Positions 57,856-64,000 of a DNA stretch of 64,000 bases are shown here, piece by piece. The translations under genes and the position numbers were made by a program. The stretch is from a candidate division WOR-3 bacterium (lineage in GTDB: Bacteria > Hydrothermota > 32-111). Positions within the stretch are counted from its first letter, which is position 1; each line of letters begins with the position of its first letter. The stretch spans positions 704,001-768,000 of the forward strand of contig JBDRZU010000001.1 of the NCBI GenBank assembly GCA_039804105.1, in the 5' to 3' direction. The notes beneath the pieces are model-generated. The model had not been told where the DNA came from and did no database searches. It was given only the letters and a program-made list of their open reading frames with translations.

Positions 57856-58957
57856 ATTTACCTCCCAAAAGTTCATCAAAGATTTTTTGACACTCTTTTA
57901 GAGATTCAACAAGTTTTTCGACCTTACTCATCTGATCTGGTGTTTGAAGATTATCATAAAGAGAAATTAGTTCATCTATACTCTTTTTGATATCTCCTCT
58001 TTTAAAGTATGCGAAAGAATTATACTTTTTTATAAAAGGATCATCCATTCCTTCATTTTTTGCTATCATAGAGAACTCGTTTATTTTATCAAACTGATTC
58101 GTTGCAAAGAATGAGAATATAAGCATTCTGTAAGCATCAAGATTTTTTGGATCCCTTTTAATATAATTTTTTAACTCGTTTATAGCTTTATCGAACAATC
58201 CATCATTGAAGTAATGTTTTGCAACATCAAAACTACTTTCAACATCACTTTTTTGGCCACCTTCGATCACAACTATACCAAGAGTTATCATTCCATATAT
58301 CAATTTTGCGATTTCAAACTCATCACCATATTTTTCTGCGATATCTTTAATCGTGTTTTTACCGTTTATCATCGAAAATATTTCCCACTCTTTTGGTTTA
58401 AGATCTAAAAGATCCATTTTGTCTGGATTGTCAGAGATTTTTGGAATCACCGATGAGTTTGGAATCTTTGCGGATAACCTTGACCATTCATCTATCCTTC
58501 TTGAGCCCTCCATTATCAACGATTCGGTTTTGATCCTGAATTTGAACAGGTTGTCGAGAATAAAATTACCTTCCTCAAATTTAAAATATCCTTCTCTCCA
58601 CTCAAAAAGTTTGTATATGGTATCTTCGATTCTGAGTTGTAGAAATTTTCTGAACTCATTCTCAGTCATTATGTTCATCTTGATTATCTCTTTTGCTATT
58701 TCAACATCATCATTTTGAATCTTATTCATTATCTTCTGTTCATAAAATTCTTTAGTTATCTTTCCAGCTTTTATCAAAAGTAAAGGCAAAGTTATCCCTT
58801 CCATACTAACATAAACAACATTTCCATTTTCAAAATAAACATTTGCTTTTTCTTCTTTGTTTGAATCTATTTTCAAAATTCCACTTTTCTGGTTAAAAGA
58901 TAGAATCTGAAATAGATCTATTAGATTTAGTTCACTGATGGGTCCTTCAATAGCCAC
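57848..58957 (-). CDS. DUF4388 domain protein with C-terminal TPRs
   Basis: IEGPISELNLIDLFQIL..NQKSGIL, LFEWREGYFKF, LIMEGSRRIDEW. Start placed at GTG 58957. Confidence 0.88.
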   Translation of the reverse strand: MAIEGPISELNLIDLFQILSFNQKSGILKIDSNKEEKANVYFENGNVVYVSMEGITLPLLLIKAGKITKEFYEQKIMNKIQNDDVEIAKEIIKMNIMTENEFRKFLQLRIEDTIYKLFEWREGYFKFEEGNFILDNLFKFRIKTESLIMEGSRRIDEWSRLSAKIPNSSVIPKISDNPDKMDLLDLKPKEWEIFSMINGKNTIKDIAEKYGDEFEIAKLIYGMITLGIVVIEGGQKSDVESSFDVAKHYFNDGLFDKAINELKNYIKRDPKNLDAYRMLIFSFFATNQFDKINEFSMIAKNEGMDDPFIKKYNSFAYFKRGDIKKSIDELISLYDNLQTPDQMSKVEKLVESLKECQKIFDELLGGKFE

Positions 58958-58965
58958 ATCCACTC

Positions 58966-61674
58966 CTATTCAAAAATTGATATCCAGTTCCTTGCCGCTT
59001 CTATCGCTTTTGAACTCTTCTGTGCAAATTCGGATTCAGGTGAATTTTTTACTACAAAATTCCATCTCTCGATAGCTTCCTTTATATAACCTTCCTTTGC
59101 TATTATCTTTGCAAAATTGAAATTTGCTTCAGGATTTGCAGGATCTATTTTAAGAGCGTTTTGATAAGCATCCTTTGCAACATCAAAATTTTCTATCTCC
59201 TGGCAAACGGAACCTATTCTTAAAAACGCTCTGAGATTGTTTGGATCTATTTGAACTATTCTCGTATAAATCTGTATAGATTTTTCAAAATCTTCAACAA
59301 GTTCATATATAGTTGCAAGTTCCCAGAGATAATTCAGATTATCAACATCTTTACTTATCAATGATTCAAGAATTTTAATCGATTCATCGTACATTTTCAT
59401 ACTTCTTAGAACTATAGCTTTTTTGTAAAGGATATCAAGATTTTCAGGATCCCTGTTCAAGATTCTTTCATATATTTCAAGTGCATCCTTATCTCTTTTT
59501 TGACTCACATATATCTCTGAGAGGTTCGTCAAAGTTTCAACATTTTCGGGATCTTTTAAAAGTATCTCACCGATAATTTTTATCGCCTCTTCAAGGTTCC
59601 CATTTTTCCATAGTAACATCGAATAGAGATTCAAAACATCAATCTTACTTCTATCCCTTTCAACTATCTTTGAAAGATATTCTATGGGTTCAGAATAAAT
59701 TCCTTTGTTATACAGAAGTTTGGAGAGTTTTAACACTACTTTTTCATTAAGCGGAGAGAGAGCAACTATTTTTCGATAATACTCTTCTGCTTCTCCATAA
59801 ATCTGTTTTATATTGTAAACATCAGCGATTATTTCAAACATTTCCACATCATTTTCATCTTTTCTTACAACTTCAAAAGCATTTTGTGAAGCAAGGTCAT
59901 ATTCACCCTTTTCAAAATATTCTTTTGCTTTTTTTCTCTTCTCTTCAAGTTGATCAACTTCCTTTAATTTAATGTCCTCTTTTTCAAAAGTATCTTCTGT
60001 TTCCTCTTCAAAAACACCTGTGAAAATATCTGAACTTTTATCCTCACCAATTGAGAAACCTTCGAGTTGTTCTGAAGATGTCACCTGAACATCTTTTGAT
60101 AAACTACCACTTATCAAAACATCGACTTTATCAGCATAATAGTCAAGTCCAAGTTTATATCTTGTCTCAACATAATAAGGATTGAGTTTTAACGCCTCTT
60201 TTGTATATTTGAGTGCTTCCTCATACCTTCCTACTTTTGTTAAGGTAAAAGCAAGATTATAGTACGCTTCAGCAAAATTTTCATCATACTGTATCGCTTT
60301 TTCAAAAACTTTTATCGCATCCTCAAATTTCCCTTCCTCTCTATAGATTATTCCAAGATAGTTGTATGTTAAAGGATAATCACCTTTTATTTCAAGAACT
60401 TTATCGATATATTTTTTCGCCTCTATAAAATTTTTATTTTCAATAAAGATTATCGATAGATTCAAAAGAGCATCAACATAATCATCTCTTATCTGTAAAG
60501 ATTTGTTAAACATTTTTAATGCATCATCCATCTTGTTTTTATGAAGCATCGCAATCCCGAGGTTGTTGTATGCCATAACATATGATGGATCCATCTTTAT
60601 AGATTTATTATAACAATCTATAGCATTTTCAAGTTCTCCTTTTCGATGAAAAGCTATACCCATATCGTTGTACGCTTTTGCTGCAAACGACTCATCTTTA
60701 AGTGCAAGTTTATATTCCTCTATCGCTTTATCGTTTTCTCCCAGAAGAAGATAAATCTCACCTATCTGGATATGTATCAGCGCTCGATCCGGTTCAACAG
60801 CTTCGGCTTTCTTAAACTCTTTTAGCGCTTCATTAAAAAGTCCTTTGTTCCTGAAACCTATTCCAAGAGTAAAATATGTTAAAAAACTGTTCGGTTGAAT
60901 CGAAACATTCGATTCTTCTTGAACAAAATTCTGATACATCCCCTGCTGATAGAAATCTATTCCAAGGTTTGCCTGTGTTTTTCCATAAGCTGGATTCAAC
61001 TTGATTGCCTTTTTTGTTTCCTTAATAGCATCATCAAAAAGTCCTTTCTCTCCATAAACAAAACCTAAAAGAAAATGTGCCTCAGCAAGGTTTGGATCAA
61101 GTTCGAGGGCTTTCTGGAATTCTTTTATTGCAGAGTCAAGTATTCCTTTGTTGTAGTAAACCTCACCAAGCATCGAGTGTATTTGTGCTGAATCCGGCTG
61201 TGTCTTTAAAGCTTTTCGATACTCTTCAATCGAATCATCATACATACCTAAAGATTTATATATCTTTGCAAGGTTCAACCTTGCATCAACAAATGATGGA
61301 TTACTCTTTAAAATTTTCTTATACTCAGCAATTGCATCTAGTGATTTACCCATGTTGTTCAACGCTTCTGCAAGTTTAAACCTTGTGTTCAAATCATCAG
61401 GATTCTTTTCAAGAACTTCTCTGTACTCTTTTATCTTTTCATCATACATCCCAGTTTCTTTGTAGATGAGTTCAAGGTTCTTTTTCGCCAGAGTAAATTT
61501 TGGATCTATTGCAAGTGCTTTTTCAAGTTCTTCAATCGCCTCATCATAAAGACCTTTGTTGTAATATACAACAGCAAGGTTATTGTGTGCACCAGCATCT
61601 TTTGGATCTATCCTCTGGGCAAACGACTTTAGAACTCTTTTTTCGGCTTCAGAAATTTGAACCTGTTTTTTCAT
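58966..61674 (-). CDS. Large cytoplasmic TPR protein (two TPR arrays joined by an acidic linker)
   Basis: Many canonical TPRs (AHNNLAVVYYNKGLYDEAIEELEKALAIDP etc.), no signal peptide. Confidence 0.9.
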   Translation of the reverse strand: MKKQVQISEAEKRVLKSFAQRIDPKDAGAHNNLAVVYYNKGLYDEAIEELEKALAIDPKFTLAKKNLELIYKETGMYDEKIKEYREVLEKNPDDLNTRFKLAEALNNMGKSLDAIAEYKKILKSNPSFVDARLNLAKIYKSLGMYDDSIEEYRKALKTQPDSAQIHSMLGEVYYNKGILDSAIKEFQKALELDPNLAEAHFLLGFVYGEKGLFDDAIKETKKAIKLNPAYGKTQANLGIDFYQQGMYQNFVQEESNVSIQPNSFLTYFTLGIGFRNKGLFNEALKEFKKAEAVEPDRALIHIQIGEIYLLLGENDKAIEEYKLALKDESFAAKAYNDMGIAFHRKGELENAIDCYNKSIKMDPSYVMAYNNLGIAMLHKNKMDDALKMFNKSLQIRDDYVDALLNLSIIFIENKNFIEAKKYIDKVLEIKGDYPLTYNYLGIIYREEGKFEDAIKVFEKAIQYDENFAEAYYNLAFTLTKVGRYEEALKYTKEALKLNPYYVETRYKLGLDYYADKVDVLISGSLSKDVQVTSSEQLEGFSIGEDKSSDIFTGVFEEETEDTFEKEDIKLKEVDQLEEKRKKAKEYFEKGEYDLASQNAFEVVRKDENDVEMFEIIADVYNIKQIYGEAEEYYRKIVALSPLNEKVVLKLSKLLYNKGIYSEPIEYLSKIVERDRSKIDVLNLYSMLLWKNGNLEEAIKIIGEILLKDPENVETLTNLSEIYVSQKRDKDALEIYERILNRDPENLDILYKKAIVLRSMKMYDESIKILESLISKDVDNLNYLWELATIYELVEDFEKSIQIYTRIVQIDPNNLRAFLRIGSVCQEIENFDVAKDAYQNALKIDPANPEANFNFAKIIAKEGYIKEAIERWNFVVKNSPESEFAQKSSKAIEAARNWISIFE

Positions 61675-61679
61675 TCAAC

Positions 61680-62297
61680 CTACCTGTTTAAAAAATCGAG
61701 AAGTTTTTTTAAAGATATTGGATCAGGCAAAAGTATAAGATAACCTTTTAAAGGATGTGGATCATCCTCAAAAGTGAATTCTGTTTCAACACAGAAAACA
61801 ACATCTTTGTTTGCACTGAAATCTATATATGCTGAAGTTACTACAGCAGACCCTATATCTATCACAAGATTTGGAACAGAGGGTAAAATCAACATGTTCA
61901 AAAAATCACTCATAGCAGTAAGATATGAACTTATAACTATGTTCGCAACCTCTTTAATCGCCGATTGTTCTATTTCGCTTAAAATCGTAGTTGTTCCAAT
62001 TTGTTTCCCCATTACCATATCGACAAGAAGCATCGACTCATCCCTTGGGAAAATCAAAAGTGTTCTACCGGTTAAATCTCCAAGAAATTTAACAAGAACA
62101 CCTGTTACAATCTCATCCTGGTTATTGATTATCCTGTATATCTCTTCTGAAGATATAATGTGAACCTTTGGAACTGAGACCATCACTCTTTTATTCACAA
62201 GTTGTGAAAGTACTGTTGCAGCATGTCCTCCACCTATATTGGAGATTTCTTTGATTCCATCAAGATGAAAATCTTTTAAGTTGTTAAAATCTATCAT
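61680..62297 (-). CDS. cheC: Chemotaxis phosphatase CheC
   Basis: Duplicated D/S..KE..NI motifs (DGIKEISNIG, SAIKEVANIV). Confidence 0.92.
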   Translation of the reverse strand: MIDFNNLKDFHLDGIKEISNIGGGHAATVLSQLVNKRVMVSVPKVHIISSEEIYRIINNQDEIVTGVLVKFLGDLTGRTLLIFPRDESMLLVDMVMGKQIGTTTILSEIEQSAIKEVANIVISSYLTAMSDFLNMLILPSVPNLVIDIGSAVVTSAYIDFSANKDVVFCVETEFTFEDDPHPLKGYLILLPDPISLKKLLDFLNR

Positions 62298-62300
62298 AAA

Positions 62301-64000
62301 TTACCCCTCTTTAGCCATCGAAACAACACCTGGAACATCAACTATGAAAGATGGCATTCCATTGTTTAAAATTGATACACCTGCAAGCCCATGAATACCT
62401 GATAGTATTCCTTTAAGTGGCTTGACAACTACTTCTGATTGTTCTAAGAAATTATCCACAAGTATCCCATATAAAGAATCCTCAACTTCAACAAGAACTA
62501 TGGAATACTTTTCCCTCTCTTCAATTTTTTCACATTTAAAAATCTTTGATAACCTTATAAGTGGTATTATCTGTTCTCTCAAAACGAATACCTCTTTTTG
62601 CATAATTGTAAATATTTCATTTTTGTTTATATCTATCGTCTCTACAATATGAGTTAAAGGAATTATATAAACCTCACCACTCACTTCGATTATCAAAGTT
62701 TTTATTATAGCGAGTGTCAAAGGAAGTTTTAAAGTGAAAACTGTCCCTTTATCTTTTTGGGATGAGATTTCAAGTGTTCCACCTATCTGTTTTAAAACAT
62801 TGTAAACAGCCCCGACACCCACACCTCTCCCTGAAATATCGTTAACTTCTTCTTTTGTTGAAAATCCTTCATTCATAATCAACGAATAGATATCGCTTTC
62901 ACTAAGATGTTGCAATTTTTCTTCATCTATCAGATTTAAAGACAGGGCTTTTTCTATAATTTTATTCTTATCAAGCCCTTTACCATCATCCGAAACTGTT
63001 ATCAAAACTCCATTTTTGACCCTTTTCGCTTCAAGTATGATTGTTCCAGTTTCATCTTTTTTATTTTTTATCCTTTCCTGTGGAGTTTCTATTCCATGAT
63101 CCACAGCATTTTTTAGAAGATGAAGCAATGGATCAGCAAGTGAATTCAGAATCGCTCGATCAAGTTCAATATCTCTTCCCTTTATTATGAAATTTACTTT
63201 CTTTTTCAACCTGTTTGAAAGATCTCTGATATACCTTGGATATCTATCAAAAACCTGTCCAACAGGAACCATCCTTATCTTCATTATTTCATCCTGAATA
63301 TTCGAGATTATCTTTGAGGTAGAATTGAGAGAATTTATCAATTCCTCATTCTGTAAAGAGTACGCTATCTGTTGCAACCTTCCTCTCGCTATAACAAGTT
63401 CTGAAGCATAATTCTGGAGATTGTCCAGACGTTCGAGTGAAACTTTTATATCCTTTTTTTCTACAACGATTTCCTGATCACTTTTTATTTCATCCTTTAC
63501 AACAAAAGCATCTTTTATCTCAGGTATATTTTTTATCTCTTCAATGACTTTATCAATTTCAGATGTGCCTTTGATATAAACCGTAATCTCATCTTTAAAA
63601 TTCTCCTTCATTATCGAATCATAATCCGGATCACTTTTTATAAAAAGATTGTTATCCTGAAGATTTTTTATTACTACAAAAGCTCTTGCTGATTTTAAAA
63701 CAACATCTTCAGCAAAAATTATTTTTATCGCTTTTTCAGAGGATAAAGATACTTTTTGCACAGGTTTTTTTTCTGCTTTTACTTCCTCAACCTTTTTCGT
63801 TTCTTTAACGATTTCAGAACCAGTTTTAATAGATTCAATTACTTTCAAGAAACTTTTTATGATATTTTCATCAACCTCTTTTTTATGAACAAGAGATTGG
63901 ATATAATCTGTTCCCTTCAAAAGAAGATCTATAAGTTCAGTACTCACCTGTAATTTTTCGTTTCGTATAAGATCCATAACATCTTCAATCGAATGGGAAA
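62301..64000 (-). CDS. cheA: Chemotaxis histidine kinase CheA (5' end outside window)
   Basis: P2-like domain, RMVP, HLLKNAVDHGIE, SDDGKG, GFST...SGRGVG, LPLTLAI and C-terminal CheW-like domain. Confidence 0.96.
   Translation of the reverse strand, partial: SHSIEDVMDLIRNEKLQVSTELIDLLLKGTDYIQSLVHKKEVDENIIKSFLKVIESIKTGSEIVKETKKVEEVKAEKKPVQKVSLSSEKAIKIIFAEDVVLKSARAFVVIKNLQDNNLFIKSDPDYDSIMKENFKDEITVYIKGTSEIDKVIEEIKNIPEIKDAFVVKDEIKSDQEIVVEKKDIKVSLERLDNLQNYASELVIARGRLQQIAYSLQNEELINSLNSTSKIISNIQDEIMKIRMVPVGQVFDRYPRYIRDLSNRLKKKVNFIIKGRDIELDRAILNSLADPLLHLLKNAVDHGIETPQERIKNKKDETGTIILEAKRVKNGVLITVSDDGKGLDKNKIIEKALSLNLIDEEKLQHLSESDIYSLIMNEGFSTKEEVNDISGRGVGVGAVYNVLKQIGGTLEISSQKDKGTVFTLKLPLTLAIIKTLIIEVSGEVYIIPLTHIVETIDINKNEIFTIMQKEVFVLREQIIPLIRLSKIFKCEKIEEREKYSIVLVEVEDSLYGILVDNFLEQSEVVVKPLKGILSGIHGLAGVSILNNGMPSFIVDVPGVVSMAKEG

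Noticed and set aside
1..64000. Numerous 60-145-aa plus-strand ORFs antisense to annotated genes; CRISPR arrays, IS/prophage genes, rRNA, recoded stop codons
   Set aside because: The antisense ORFs lack motifs or RBS and are shadows. No repeat-spacer arrays, transposases, integrases or rRNA were seen. TGA, TAG and TAA all terminate conserved genes at expected lengths.

Overview
Low-GC chromosomal segment from a diderm bacterium (it has bamD, lnt, TonB-ExbBD, an OmpA protein and T9SS-like C-termini). The gene content suggests an FCB-related candidate phylum such as WOR-3/TA06, but that is inference. Nearly all genes lie on the minus strand, and the standard code 11 fits. Most of the window is housekeeping: nadD, bamD, punA, divIVA, gltX with tRNA-Glu/tRNA-Gln, lnt, purN, rpsF-ssb-rpsR-rplI, ispE-spoVG-tRNA-Gln-prs-rplY-pth, alaS, rpsT, and rplM-rpsI-rpsB-tsf-pyrH-frr-uppS-cdsA-dxr-rseP. 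Three blocks stand out. (1) A ~15 kb putative operon: orphan gcvPB, a small protein, a GlmL-like ASKHA ATPase with no mutase, a barrel-sandwich-hybrid protein, a tandemly duplicated four-gene membrane module (DUF6754-like plus three uncharacterised membrane proteins), a lipoate ligase, then a DUF4388/roadblock-like/membrane module. (2) A ferredoxin (absent from the ORF track), a geranylgeranyl reductase and a GGGP synthase coupled to ispE, i.e. archaeal-type ether-lipid genes in a bacterium. (3) A cheA-cheC-TPR-DUF4388-roadblock x2-mglB cluster with no adjacent mglA. Also seen: an rpsB leader RNA, many consensus-like promoters with 16-bp spacers, and two 1-nt homopolymer frameshifts (pth and a methyltransferase gene) that are probably sequencing errors. 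No CRISPR array, rRNA or mobile element was seen. All family calls come from motif recognition; no searches were run.
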